A DNA stretch of 64,000 nt from Octopus vulgaris (Eukaryota), in the NCBI GenBank assembly GCA_951406725.2, contig OX597822.1:106826001-106890000 (forward strand). Reading direction: 5' to 3'. Position 1 is the stretch's first letter. The number at the start of each line of letters is the position of its first letter. Made by a program: the position numbers and the translations under genes. The notes beneath the pieces are model-generated. The model was given only the letters and a program-made list of their open reading frames with translations, made no database searches and was not told the DNA's origin. This document shows, piece after piece, positions 11,485 through 29,519 of this stretch.

Positions 11485-11722
11485 TGGCACTCCGTCGGTT
11501 ACGACGATGAAGGTTTCAGTTGATCCGATTAACGCAACAGCCTGCTCGTGAAATTAACGTGCATTTGGTTGAGTACCCCACAAACACAATTACTCTTAAC
11601 AAGATTCAGCGTGACACAGTATAGGACAAGGCTGGCCCTTTGAAATAGAGGTACTATATATTTTTGGTAGCTGAGTGAATTGGAGCAACGTGAAATAAAG
11701 TCTTGCTCAAGGACACAACGCG
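11485..11722 (-). mobile_element. SINE group C 3' portion (tail variant 2)
   Basis: gcactccgtcggttacgacgatgaaggtt...cttgctcaaggacacaac matches 52051-52408, 53048-53348 and 56873-57252. Confidence 0.8.
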
Positions 11723-11724
11723 TA

Positions 11725-11819
<95 letters not shown>

Positions 11820-11822
<3 letters not shown>

Positions 11823-12225
11823 CGCAGGAGTGGCTGTGTGGTAAGTAGCTTGCTAACCAACCACATGGTTCCGGGTTCAGTTCCTATGCGTGGAATCTTG
11901 GGCAAGTGTCTTCTGCTATAGCCCCGGGCCGACCAATGTCTTGTGAGTGGATTTGGTAGACGGAAACTGAAAGAAGCCTATCGTATATATGTATATATAT
12001 ATATGTGTATGTGTTTGTGTGTCTGTGTTTGTCCCCCTAGCATTGCTTGAGAACCGATGCTGGTGTGTTTACGTCCCCGCCACTTAGCGGTTCGGCAAAA
12101 GAGACCGATAGAATAAGTACTGGGCTTACAAAGAATAAGTCCCGGGGTCGATTTGCTCGACTAAAAGGCGGTGCTCCACCATGGCCGCAGTCAAATGACT
12201 GAATCAAGTAAAAGAATAAAAGAGA
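11820..12225 (+). mobile_element. SINE group A, full length
   Basis: A-box tggctgtgtgg, B-box ggttcagttcc, internal (TA)/(TG) tract, 3' ggcggtgctccaccatggccgcagtcaaatgactga. Confidence 0.9.
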
Positions 12226-12234
12226 GAGAGAGAG

Positions 12235-12268
<34 letters not shown>

Positions 12269-12809
12269 CAACGAACTCGAACTCACAAGAGTAAACAAGA
12301 GAGACAGAGACAGGCAGAAACAAGGAAAATGCCCCTTGTATTTGAATACTATGCAAATATTCCCTAGTTCTTTTACAGGGCTTTGAAAAACCGAAGGACC
12401 ACAGCAAGAAGTGTGTGAATCTGAGAGGAGAATATGTTGAATAAATCATAATTAACTGATGCTCCTGTATTTTCTTCCTACCCAATGTCAGGAACATTTT
12501 AGCACCCTTTCGTATGAGTGTGTCATATACACGCACGTGTGTGTGCTTGTGTATATTTTTACTGAGCTTAAAATCATGAAGAAAATCGTAATCAGGATAT
12601 TCTCGATCCTCGGAACGCTTTTGATTGGCCATGTCGATGGCATCAGACCATTTCAATCTCTCAGCAACAAGCTGTCTCTTATCTTTGAAAATTTAGCTGG
12701 TTCACAAACTTTTCATGAGATTCTTCTGAGAAAGAGAAAGAGGTGCTTGGGTTCCAAGAGTGTCTTTATTAAACCTACAAAACTACACATACATACATAC
12801 ATAAATACA

Positions 12810-13277
12810 TGGTGGCTGCCCCCTCGTTATCGAGTATGGCGATTGCATGAAGCTTAATCAATGTTGTTATCGTGCAATACCTGTGCAAGAAGATTATTTT
12901 TAAAATGAGGAAAGGCTGTGCACTGAGTGAATCCCACTCACTGAGCAACAGCAGCCATAATCCGAAAAGAAGAACAAGTCAACATCATCGGTAACCACTG
13001 AGCCGCAGATTTTATGTCGTAGTTATGCCAGTTACCTGAGTTACCATCTCCTAGAAGGATACCCTAACAAAGGCCAGGAGTCCTTCACTCCCAATGGTTT
13101 ATCCGCGCGATCGGGTATTCAGTCCGATTATTTCTATGTCCCCGCGCATGATCCAGCCTTAAGACATTTATTGGATGGCCGTTGACGCTCAAGAGTTCCT
13201 CCGCCCTTTGACGGGTTTTGTTTTTCATCCCGCACGGTGTCCAATAAACACCCTCCTCACCAAGCAAGCTTGGTGGG
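12810..13277 (+). repeat. Unclassified interspersed repeat fragments ending in (CATA)n
   Basis: atggtggctgccccctcg...gaagctt recurs at 48056-48082, also after (CATA)n. The GC-richer 13075-13277 segment has an aataaa just before the tail, like a retroelement 3' UTR. Confidence 0.35.
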
Positions 13278-13534
13278 ACATACATACATACATACATACA
13301 TACATACATACATACATACATACATACATACATACATACATACAGACATGCATACATACATTCTTACATACATATATCTGTGTGTGTCTGTATGTAAAGT
13401 AAACAAACAAAAGAATAATTACATTTGTAAGGTATTACATTATTTATTTAATGACAGTTTGAATAATGAATAAAATATTTACATTCATCAACATGATGAT
13501 TTATGTATACAAAACAATTACGTAAAACTATACG

Positions 13535-13606
<72 letters not shown>

Positions 13607-13624
13607 GTCGATCTATCAATATAA

Positions 13625-14095
13625 ATTTAAAATGAGGGTGAGAAATTAGATATTAATTTAATTAACATCGATTTCACACCAGTGGTCTAGCATTTAAAAA
13701 AACTGGAGTTTCAGTAAAATTGTATTATTTTCCGGTAATTTAGCGCGCCAAAACAAGGACTTTTGAAATAGTAGCCACGAGTGTAATGGGTAGGACTGTT
13801 TTACAAGTTTGACTTTGTGCGGACGTCCTAGTATGCAGTCCTACAAATTATATTCATCTGGACGGTCACACCGATGATCTACAGACATTTATGTAAGTAA
13901 ACTTACGTAATATGTTAATAGTGAAACATGTACGCAAATAATCCATATTTTTATGGGTTTTTCTTTTTCTTGCTCGATTATGTTTTGGTTGTTTTGCTAA
14001 ATTTTTCTTGAGAACATTTCTTAGTTGTAAGACCACAGCGGATCTATTTCTAGCATAAGGGTGTCCACATAGTGGTTTCCCTCTAATATGTATAT
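13625..14095. mobile_element. Penelope-like relic with inverted terminal piece
   Basis: 13630-13710 is homologous to the reverse complement of 7720-7800. 14030-14090 is directly homologous to 7640-7700. Degenerate ccgatga...taaacttacgta motif at ~13870-13910. Confidence 0.5.
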
Positions 14096-14349
14096 TATAT
14101 ATATATATATATATTACATTTCTAAATATCTCAGAGAGATATAAGCAGCAGTAGTGGAACGATAGAGTAGTTGTATACTGTCAACTTAATCTGACAGTCC
14201 CATGAAGGGAATCACACTACTGCTATTTAGCCCTAGGAAGCAGCAACGCTTCCTGTCGGCCTTGGCACATTTCTTGTGTCCTTATGTTTACAAGGGGGAG
14301 ACAAGCATCTCCACCCATGTCATATATGCATATTTTATGTATGCATGCA

Positions 14350-18745
<4,396 letters not shown>

Positions 18746-18858
18746 CTTTGTCCATCCATCTGAATAATAAATCTTGAATCCCAAATCATATTTATCTTTC
18801 CAGCATCGTAATCATTTACATATTTCGCTTTCATTTTCTCTTGCCAATGATACCGATG

Positions 18859-18906
18859 TCCCAGCATGGCCACAGCTCGTGAGCTGAAACTAGAATCAAT
18901 CAATCA
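18859..18906 (+). mobile_element. Extremely 5'-truncated copy of the CR1/L2-group LINE tail
   Basis: cccagcatggccacagctcgtgagctgaaactagaatcaatcaatca matches the 3' end of 5885-6225. Confidence 0.8.
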
Positions 18907-18999
18907 TACGTACATACTTACGTACATACAAACAAACATAAAAGGATATACACATACATACATGTACATAAACATATACATCAGTAGTCCGACTGTGTG

Positions 19000-19325
19000 A
19001 TACCTTGGGCAAGTGTCTACTGTTATAACTTCAGGCTGACCAAAGCTTTGTGAGTGGATTTGGTAGACGGAAACTAAAAGAAGCCTGTCGTATCCTTAAA
19101 TCCTTAAACATGTTTATTTGTTTGTGTGTGTGTGTGTTTGTCCCCTCACAACTGCTTCACAACTAGTGTTGGTGTGTTTCCGTCCGCGTAACATAGTGGT
19201 TCGGCAAAAGATACCGATAAGTACCAGGCTTAAAAAATAAATGCTCGGAGTCACTTCGTTCCACAAAAAGATTCAAGGCGGTGCCCCAGCATGGCCGCAG
19301 TCTAATAACTGAAACAAATAAAAGA
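19000..19325 (+). mobile_element. SINE group A, diverged and 5'-eroded
   Basis: accttgggcaagtgtc...ggcggtgccccagcatggccgcagtctaataactgaaacaaataaaaga. Confidence 0.8.
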
Positions 19326-19584
19326 TGAAAGACACACACACACATAGGTTAACATAAAGAGGTTAAAATTTCATTACATCTGTTTCAGACGCGTTTATAT
19401 ATATTGATGAATAATTCGATTACAAGCCGAAATGAGAGGGTCGATCCACATTATGCATCTTGTTATGAAATTTCAAGATAATTGAAATCAATCGAATTTG
19501 ATTGAAATCGAATTTAAATCAATCGAATTTGAAATGGTTACTGCAGAATCGGCCAACTGTAAGCTTACCTCAAGCTCTATAACT

Positions 19585-20063
19585 GCGTCGGTTATGACGA
19601 CGAGGGTTCCAGTTGATCCGATCGACGGAAAAGCCTGCTCATGAAATTGACGTGCATGTGGCTGAGTACTCCACAGACACACACACCTTTAACGTAGTTC
19701 TCAGCGAGTTTCAGCATGACATGGAGTGTGACAAGACTGTTCCTTTGAACACTCTTATCCGCTGAGGTCGACTTTGCCTTTCATCTCTTCGGGGTCGATA
19801 AATTTAGTACTAGTTACGCACTGGGGTCAATGCAATCGACTTAATGCCCTTGTTTGTCTCCTCTATGTTTAGAACCTTGTGGGCAATAAAGAAATAAGAT
19901 TATTCCTTTGAAATACAGGTGCTATTCATTTTTTCCAACTGAGTGAATTGAAGCAACGTGGAATAAATCGTCTTGCTCAAGGACTCAACGTGCTACCGGG
20001 AATCGAACTCACAACCTTAGGATCGTGAGCCGAATACCCTAACCACTAAGCCACGCGCCTTCA
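19585..20063 (-). mobile_element. SINE group C interrupted by a truncated group B SINE (~19757-19895, + strand)
   Basis: Head (rc) gaaggcgcgtggcttagtggttagggtattcggctcacgatcc...gagttcgattccc. The nested element is flanked by the repeat ttcctttgaa (19740 and 19903). Confidence 0.8.
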
Positions 20064-21444
20064 CACATCCGACGCACTATAGATGACGCCAAATAGAAAA
20101 ATAATGGATATATTTTAAAGCCAGTGAGTGGTTGTTTGATATGCTAGAAATGTCAGTCAATTATCATACACATTACACCCTAATGCTTTATAGAAAGGAA
20201 GGGCACACTGAATAATGTTGTCCTAGCTACATTATCCTTAGAAATAAGGGTATGTTCAATGCTGGAACACTTTAACCATAGGCCTACTTCATCAGGAATG
20301 ATCAAGAATTTAACAACAAAAGGTGGCAACAACAACAACAACAGCAATGAAACAATAACTACAACGGCAACAATAACATGAACAACAAAAACAACAACAA
20401 CAACAACAACAGCAGCAGCAAGAACAACACCAACAAAAACGACGACAACAGTGACAGCAGAAACATAATCTAAAGCAATAACGGCAACACTATAAACAAC
20501 ATCAGTAACAACAGCAAGTAAAACAAAAAAGACTAACAACGGCAACTCAATGCAAAAAAAAAAAAAAAGCAACACTAACAGGAGGCAACAACAACATTAG
20601 CAACAGTTACAATAACTCTTAAAATTACGGGTAAGTGGATGCAGAATGAGTCGTGACAGATTTGCTTTTGTTTTTCTCGGGTTGTTATTGACGGAATTAA
20701 AGTGAAATGGCTTCACGTCAATTTTGAAACAGATTTGCCTACTTCACTCGTCAGAGTGGCGATCTTTCGCACTAAGACCCTTTCCACATCCACTTACAAA
20801 AACCGTGTTAATACCCTGGTAGGGGTACTTAATAATTCTTTTCCAATACTTCATTTATAATTCAGTTTACTGCATTTTATCAAAATGATTATATTATTTT
20901 CGAAAATATTTCTAAATATACACTCCATGTGTGTATGTGTGTGAGTATATGTTGTCTGTGTATGTAATTAGTTATTATAGAAATATTAAAATTTCTAAGT
21001 CTCTCTAAAGGAGACTACGGCAGCGGTACTGGAAATTAACAGTTATCGCCAAGCTAATATGGCAGTCCATAAATATAAGACTTCAGCTGCCGTTGATTAG
21101 CTCTAAGAGGTCATCGCCTCTAGCTTGCTATATGACACACGAACCTGTGTCCATTATAACCTTCGAACAGGGGAGGTCAGCCACTTCCCCTTGCAGACAT
21201 GTTTCAGGGTATTTGCCCTTTATAAATGCAGAGTAGCCAGACCCTGCAGGCGTCGCTGCCGACCGTCTGTTCGAAGGATTATTTACCTAATTTCAGTGGA
21301 ATACATCCACTGGTTTTCAGTAATTAGTTATTATTAAACATATACGTAAAGGTGTACGTTTATAAGTGTAGGAAGAAGAATATAAAACCAAACTTAGTTC
21401 GTAGTGTGGCAAAATCAGCATCGTGTTTATTTTTATTTATTTAT

Positions 21445-21706
21445 GCGCCCTTTTCAAGCCTAGCCGGGCTTATGGGTTCGGTTTCCCGGTTTCTGTAGCG
21501 TATGTGTCCCCCTCCCAGGAAGAAAGAGTGAGAGAAAGTTGGAGCGAAGGAGTACAACAGGGGGTTGCCAACACTCTCTGCCGGTGCCTCATGGAGCTTT
21601 AGGTGTTTTCGCTCAATAAACACATACAATGCCCGGTCTGGGAATCGAAACCGCGATCCTCCGACCGCAAGTCCGCTGCCCTAACCACTGGGCCATTGCG
21701 CCTCCT
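21445..21706 (-). mobile_element. SINE group C (tail variant 3, internally deleted)
   Basis: Head ggaggcgcaatggcccagtggttagggcagcggac as at 52051 and 57252. Tail gcctagcc...ggtttcccggtttct shared with 61786-62017. Confidence 0.8.
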
Positions 21707-22834
21707 CGTGTTTATTAGTTTGACCATAAAGGAGTTTTGTTATAACAAAAGACAAAAAAAATATGTCAGATTTCAAGGGGGCCAATCTGTCGAGAATATC
21801 TGCTAAGGGACCAAGAGATGCTGATCTGAAATTTTGGGTTACAATCGTAACGTTTGAAAATTTGATATCTTTTCTTATAATTTTATCATAAAAAGAACGT
21901 TGGGTTCTTGATTTTTAAAAGTCCCCTCTAAATTGTGAGAAAGAAAAGAAGGAAGAAACTCTTGGGTCATGGGTTGCTGGGGTTAGAAGCAAACAATGGC
22001 CTTTCTCTAAAAGCACACAAATATCAATCAGTTGCTGATGTAAAACCGTACGATGGTTGAAGTCAACCTTCGGTGACCCGAGTAACGTATAGCGGGTGGG
22101 GGACGAACACTTTGATTCTTGGCTATAAAATAAATGACTTTTTTATGCAACTAATAACCACGAGGAGGAAGAAACCTGAACGCCATTTAGATTCACATAA
22201 AATTCTGTATAAAATATAATTACGGGCTATTTTTATCATTTAATCTCTGTGAATTCTTCCATCTTTTTTGTCATATGGCATCGATAATCATTTAGAATTG
22301 TCAATCTGATTTCTTTCGGTTTTCAAGGCAATATTTAATATTTAAGGAAGGAAATCGATTAAGAAGTTATTTCTTATTTCTGTCAAGTTGTGAAATATTT
22401 TTTGCACAAATGATTGACGCCTATTATATAACTGAATGAATAAACCTAAAATGTGGCGTCAATTCTTCAAAACCCAAGATGTTTTGCAAATAGGATTTAC
22501 ACAATCTTCGGTTATTTCACTGGGAGACAATGTCTATTCATGTAAGTAAAACAATATGGCCGAATGGACTCTCTCAAGGGAGCGTTTACATACTTGATAT
22601 AAACATGATAGAATCACATATATGTGCAACATCAATCAGTTGAATAACTTCGATTAACTAACGTTATCCTTGCCATTTGTAGATGAAAAATCCGTGCTAG
22701 TATCTTTAAAATATACAAAAAACAAACAAGCAAACAAGAATGTTAACTCCAATGAGCTCAATTAACTGAGATATACAAACATACAAACATACATACATAT
22801 ATGTATAAGCTCTCACACACAAACACACACATAT

Positions 22835-23038
22835 ATATCTCCTTTTTTTCTCTCCTTTTTTCTCTCCTTTTTTTTCTCTCCTTGTTTCTCTCCTTGTTTT
22901 TTCTGTGTCCCATTCGGAAGAAGAGCGTAGGCTCGAAACGTGAAAGACGCTTTCTATTCCTGAGCGTTATACTAATACATCTGTTTGTTTTGTACACCAC
23001 CTGTCTTCGTCTTTCGTTTTTTTCGTAAACTCTCCCTA
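22835..23038 (+). mobile_element. Probable Penelope-like pLTR fragment with minimal hammerhead-like motif
   Basis: cggaaga-a-gagc-gtag-gctc-gaaacgt at ~22915-22941. Sits between (TA)n tracts. Related motif on the minus strand at ~49602-49630. Confidence 0.5.
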
Positions 23039-23438
23039 TATATATACATATATATATACATGGCTATACACACACCTGGTTAGTGATGTACTAAAATGCA
23101 CGACATGTTGCTTTACGAATTAGTGCTCCATACTCGAACTGCATTAAACTCGTATATCCCTATAATGCACGCTTAACAGTGCATAACTTGGCATATTTTC
23201 TGATATCTTCATCCGACGAGATCGTTCCTTTCAATATACGATCATTGGAGGGATTACAACACAGGGTTCGAAATATAACTTGTTTTCTATCATTATTTGT
23301 ACTATATATGCATGTACGCATGTATGTATGTAGATATATACATATACACATACATACATACAAACATACATACTTACATACATACATACATGCATACATA
23401 TATATATATGTATGTATGTATGTATATATATGTATATA

Positions 23439-23473
23439 TAGACGGAAACTGAAATAAGCCCGTCGTATATATC

Positions 23474-23534
<61 letters not shown>

Positions 23535-23795
23535 ATTTCTCTCTATGTATGTGTGTGACTATGTATGTGTGCGTGTATATGTTTGTGTGTCTATGTCTAC
23601 CCAACATCGCCTGACAACCGATGCTGGTGTGTTTACGTCCCCGTAACTTAGCGGTTCGGCAAAAGAGACCGATAGAATAAGGACTAGGCTTACAAAGAAT
23701 AAGTCCTGGGGTCGATTTGCTCGACTAAAGGCGGTGCTCTAGCACGGCCACAGTCAAATGACTGAAACAAGTAAAAGAATTTTAAAAGAGTAAAA
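23439..23795 (+). mobile_element. SINE group A, 5'-truncated
   Basis: Match from tagacggaaactgaaa to the tail. Confidence 0.85.
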
Positions 23796-23864
23796 GACAG
23801 ACATTTGGAACAAAGAGGTTCAATATAAAAAGGAAGCGATCCGATATACGAAAATTTACAATGA

Positions 23865-23960
23865 AATGGCGGTGCCCCAGCAATGGCGGTGCCCCAGCAA
23901 TGGCGGTGCCCCAGCATGGCCACAGCTCATGAGCTGAAACTAGAATCAATCAATCAATCA
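23865..23960 (+). mobile_element. CR1/L2-group LINE tail with a triplicated 17-mer
   Basis: (aatggcggtgccccagc)x3, then atggccacagctcatgagctgaaactag(aatc)n. Confidence 0.8.
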
Positions 23961-24240
23961 AATGGAATATTAATCAAAACAAGAGACTATAAATATTACA
24001 GACGAGAAAGCGAAAAAGCTGTTTAAGAAAATATCAAATTGGAAAGCCTCTGGGCCAGACGTTGTTCAGGGGTTCTGTCTGAAAAATCTCTAATCTCTGC
24101 TAAATGCAACCGTTTCTTACTGATTGTATAGTAAAAATGGAATACCAACATGGATGACAAAGGAACTTTACTAATACAGAAGCACAAAGAAAGACAGGAG
24201 AGAAGAAATCAGTAATTATAGACCTATTATGTGCTGGTAG
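23961..24240 (+). pseudogene. Dong/R4-clade non-LTR retrotransposon RT N-terminal relic
   Basis: ITDEKAKKLFKKISNWKASGPDVVQGFCLKNL, IPTWMT and SNYRPIMC match the R4-clade motifs NWKAPGPD and NYRPITCL. Confidence 0.75.
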
Positions 24241-26267
24241 TTTTGAAGACTGTTAAAATACGAACTTCCATATGAACTTTTAGACTAATCGGTTGAACGT
24301 ATGTGTATTAAGTTTAGGACATAAGTGGGTGTTGTGGAATGAATCATGTGTCTAAATTGTGCGTAAAATAAATTGATGAAACTAATAAAGAGAATACTAG
24401 AAAAAATGTGGGCAAAAGGACAAAGTAATAACACATTCTTTATATTGAATGCAAGCGTAATCTTAGAATGGAAGAAGACAACCATCTGGTCTTGATTATT
24501 CCATTTTATCTTTGACCAATTCATCTCCATTCAATATATTGGAACTGGGGCGTTTTTTTCAAGAGTCCCAGTTTAATAATAAGCTACTTAGCAAATTAAA
24601 TAGCTAATTTGAAACTACTATTATCAACTGACACAGAAGAAATAAGCGGTAACAGTTTAGTTTGTTATCACTAAATAACCGATGATTATATACAGAAGCT
24701 TCGCAAAAATTATTTTGAAATTTCAGGAAATCTGGATAATTTGTTTCTTCATCTCACAACTTCGCTATACAATGCGTTCGTTTCTTACATCATAAAATAA
24801 TGCATCCGTAAAGCTATTTGCCGTTTTCTTATGACATAAATATAATATTTGTGAAATAATGCAGGATATGGTTAACTCTAGAGAATTCCTTTATTAGACT
24901 ATCATCTGATAACGGCAATTATGATAGAAGCGATTCTTACAAAATCGTTAACAAATATAGTTGTTGCAATCATCTATAATCTCTGGAATTTAAACAGACT
25001 AAAAGAGGTGAAGATCAGTAGGAGAAAATTTAATAAAAAAAAGTAAAGTGTGCGGTAAATTGATGAGTGGGTTGTGCGGTGAAGAATGTATCTATTCACA
25101 AGTATATTTCACTTTTTATACTATTTTACCATAATGGTGTAAAGCGTTCTTTTCTTTTCAATAAGAAATTATTCAAATTATTCATGTCAATAATAGGAAA
25201 CGTAAAATAATCCATATCTCAAACATTCTCGAATCTAAATATCAGTTGTTATACAAAATACTTACCCCAATGGGGGAAAAATAACTAATTTGTTCCTTGA
25301 GTTCTTTAAAAAAATATTTTTTTTAGTATTGAAGGCAAATTAATGCCAGTCGCCATATTTCTGTATAGATTGTAAATATTTATTACTTTACTAACCATAA
25401 ACTTTACTTTCTCAGTTATTTGTTATTAGATTGTAAATTCTGTGAAGATTATCACACGACTGCATTGTTGCATTCATTCCTTGACATGCCCTAAAAGAAA
25501 ACTATTCCAATGGGATTCAAAGCTAGCAAAAGAAAATTACTATAATGGAATGATGGGATATTTTTTTAGTCTGACAAATATTCAAATCTTTCTATATTTT
25601 CTTTTATAAAGAGAAATAAATAAATAAAAAATAATACGTTTTTGAATCATGAAAAATACTCAGATCAATATGAATGCTGAGGAGCATATCATGATGTAGT
25701 ATCTACACCACCACCAACACCACAACTAAACTCCTCCTCCGTCGCCACCATCATTACCACTATTCCCTATGACATTATTTATTGCATGCTACCACACACA
25801 CACACTGGTACATATACACATACACTTTTTTGTGTACGAGTCTAGAAATGATGTAAAACATGGCAAATATGTGAACAAAGTCTTTTTTCAGATTCTACAT
25901 CACTACTAGTCTTTTCTATTATATTTCCTTTTCTATTATAATTCTCTTTACATCTACTATACATCATAGGCATATATCGACACCTAAAAGAAATGTTTAT
26001 CGTTTTTTTTTTCAGACATATTTTTCCTTTTTGTTTGGTGGTGCTGTCGTAAGGATAAATCGAAATAATAATAACAAAAAAACGTTAGTTTTTGATGATA
26101 TTTAATTTAATTTTATTTTTAAGATGCTGCTTACACGAATTATCTCCCTTATAAATAAAATTACGCTCGAAACTTAGCCCAGGCAGTTATAACTTCTCAC
26201 ATTCATATATACATACATGTATTCAAACACATACTATTCACATCTGTCTGTCTCTTTATATATATAT

Positions 26268-26327
<60 letters not shown>

Positions 26328-26348
26328 ATATGTATGTATGTATGTATG

Positions 26349-26408
<60 letters not shown>

Positions 26409-27003
26409 CAAACACACACACACACATATATATACACACACACATACGAACCATAAAAAATTCGGAGATATGATAGTTGAATACATTTATTATTCTTAGG
26501 ATTACGGCTGTTTCGCTGCCCTCATCATGTAATAATAATTTTAGTGTATGATGGATTATTTTACATGTCTGCACTAACATGCGTGCTACGCATCGTATAG
26601 TATTGTACTTTATATTTACAGATCAACGCAGATAAAGAAAGCTAGCTCATCAGATCACCAGAACTGCAAGGTTTTACCAATGCTTCAAATCTAAGTATAC
26701 ATATAAAATTTTCCCTTTATATAGTACAATGTACGGAAGATAAGACTAGATAAAACTGCCTTGGTATGTTTATTAAAGTAAGTATGAATAATAATAGATA
26801 TATTTCGTATCGTATCAATATATATGTATGAATGCATGTATGTATATATATAAGTATGTATATATGTGTGTGTGTGTACATGTGTGAGTGTATGTGTGTG
26901 TATGAAGATACATGCATATCTATGTATGTGCGTAAGCAAATATGTATGCATTATTAATGTTGATTCTAGTGAACGCCATAACACAGGAAGTAGTTTTTAG
27001 GAA

Positions 27004-27066
<63 letters not shown>

Positions 27067-27076
27067 AATCACTCAT

Positions 27077-27159
<83 letters not shown>

Positions 27160-27265
27160 GTGTTCAGCCCTGTATGGCCAATAAAGAAAGAAACATATCT
27201 ATCTATCTGTCTGTCCGTCCGTCCGTCCGTCCGTCCGTCCGTCCGTCCGTCCGTCCGTCTGTCTG

Positions 27266-27354
<89 letters not shown>

Positions 27355-27395
27355 ATGTCTGTCTGTCTATCTGTCTGTCTGTCTACGTCTGTCTA
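27004..27395. repeat. (ATCT)n/(GTCC)n microsatellite
   Basis: Visible directly. Confidence 0.95.
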
Positions 27396-27991
27396 GCTGC
27401 TATTCATTAAGTATGTCAGTAAGTATTGACCATAGCACAAGATTTTTAATCTACTGACCAGTAAACCCTTAGAAACATCAGGTTTCTGAATAATTACCAT
27501 TCCAACCGGTATATAAAGATTTCCTTACACAGTATGGTGTTACAGATTCGCGGATATTTTTCTTCTCTATAATCTTAACGCATTCTTCTCTAGCAGACAG
27601 TACTTCTTCAGTTTAAAATATTTTCTTTACCGATTTCCATCGAATTATCTAAGAGAGAAACTATTGACCGTGCAACAAGAATAATATTAATGTTTTTGTA
27701 TATCTCCGTCTTACAAGTATATCGCATTTAATAAAAGATAGTGTTTCTAGGGAAACACTACCCCCTCCCACCATTCACAACATACCATGTATGGAGGTCA
27801 GCCAGGTCATTAGCACACAGTTGCTTTAATGGTGCCACGTAATATAGACTATATCAATAGTTCAAGACTAGACGTTGTAAATCATATGGAAACTATTAAC
27901 GGATACGATTGAAGAATGTATGGCGTTTCATTATTTCTTCTATATTCTACATTATTTTGTTTTCTACTGTTCAGGTGTTCTGTGCTGTATC

Positions 27992-28083
<92 letters not shown>

Positions 28084-28140
28084 GAGTTATTGTTGTAATC
28101 ATTATTATAGTTATTAATATTATTGTTATTGTTGTTGTTG

Positions 28141-28192
<52 letters not shown>

Positions 28193-28260
28193 TTTCATTA
28201 TTATTATTATAGTTATTATTATTATTATTATAGTTATTAATATCATTGTTATTGTTGTTG

Positions 28261-28291
<31 letters not shown>

Positions 28292-28498
28292 GATTATTAT
28301 TATTATTACTATTATTATTATTATTATTAGAGTTATTAATATTATTGTTATTATTTTTTATTATTATTAGAGTTATTAATATTATTAATATTATTATTAT
28401 TATTATTAGAGTTATTAATATTATTGTTATTATTATTATTATTAGAGTTATTAATATTATTATTATTATTATTATTATTATTAGAGTTATTAATATTA

Positions 28499-28529
<31 letters not shown>

Positions 28530-28560
28530 AGTTGTTGCTATTATTATTATTATTATTATG
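27992..28560. repeat. (TTA)n tract with recurring higher-order interruption (agttattaata)
   Basis: Visible directly. Confidence 0.95.
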
Positions 28561-28923
28561 AAGAGAGACATTGAAGTAGTCTTTTAGTCGTTTTGCATTT
28601 CTGTATTTAATATTCCATTATCGATATAGATTTTACTTTCTTGTAAAATCGCATAAAACTTTGAACCATACAACGGAGCAATCGTTTAAGAGGCAACATT
28701 AGTTTTAGTTGTAGTTGATCTTATTAATATTTGTAACTAGTATAAGGCGGCGAGCTTGCAAAATCGTGAGCACGCCGGGCGAAATATTTAGCGGCATTTT
28801 GTCCGTCTTCACGTTCTGAGGTCGTGCTCAGTTTTACCTTTCATTCTTTCGGGGCCAATAAAATAGGTACCTGTTGAAATTGCTGGTCTTAGGACAAAAT
28901 TTGGAATCAATATTAGCAAAATT

Positions 28924-29087
28924 AGGCGTAGGAGTGTCTGTGTGGTAAGTAGCTTGCTTACGAACCACATGGTTCCAGGTTCCGTCCCAGTGCGTGGCAC
29001 CTTGGGCAAGTGTCTTCTACTATAGCCTCGGGCCGACCAAAGCCCTGTGAGTGGATTTGGTAGACAGAAACTGAAAGAGGCCCGTCG

Positions 29088-29163
<76 letters not shown>

Positions 29164-29390
29164 TGTGTATGTATATGTTTGTGTGTCTGTGTTTGTCCCC
29201 CCAACATTACTTCACAACCGATGCTGGTGTGCTTACGTCCCCGTAACTTAGCGGTTCGGCAAAAGGGACCAATAGAATAAGTACTAGGCTTACAAAGAAT
29301 AAGTCCTGGGATCGATTTGCTCGACTAAAGGTGGTGCTCCAGCATGGCCACAGTCACATGATTGAAACGAGTAAAAGAGTAAAAGAGTAA
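28924..29390 (+). mobile_element. SINE group A, full length, preceded by a diverged group B copy (28745-28880)
   Basis: Matches the group A consensus over head, body and tail. Confidence 0.9.
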
Positions 29391-29519
29391 TAAGCACTAG
29401 CATTTGTTTAATACTCCTTATTTGAAACTCAAGTTTCAGGCAACAGTACAACAAGGATCCGATGGGTCCAGAGACTAGCATGTATCAGTGACTGCTTTGG
29501 TATAGTTTTTATGGCTTGA

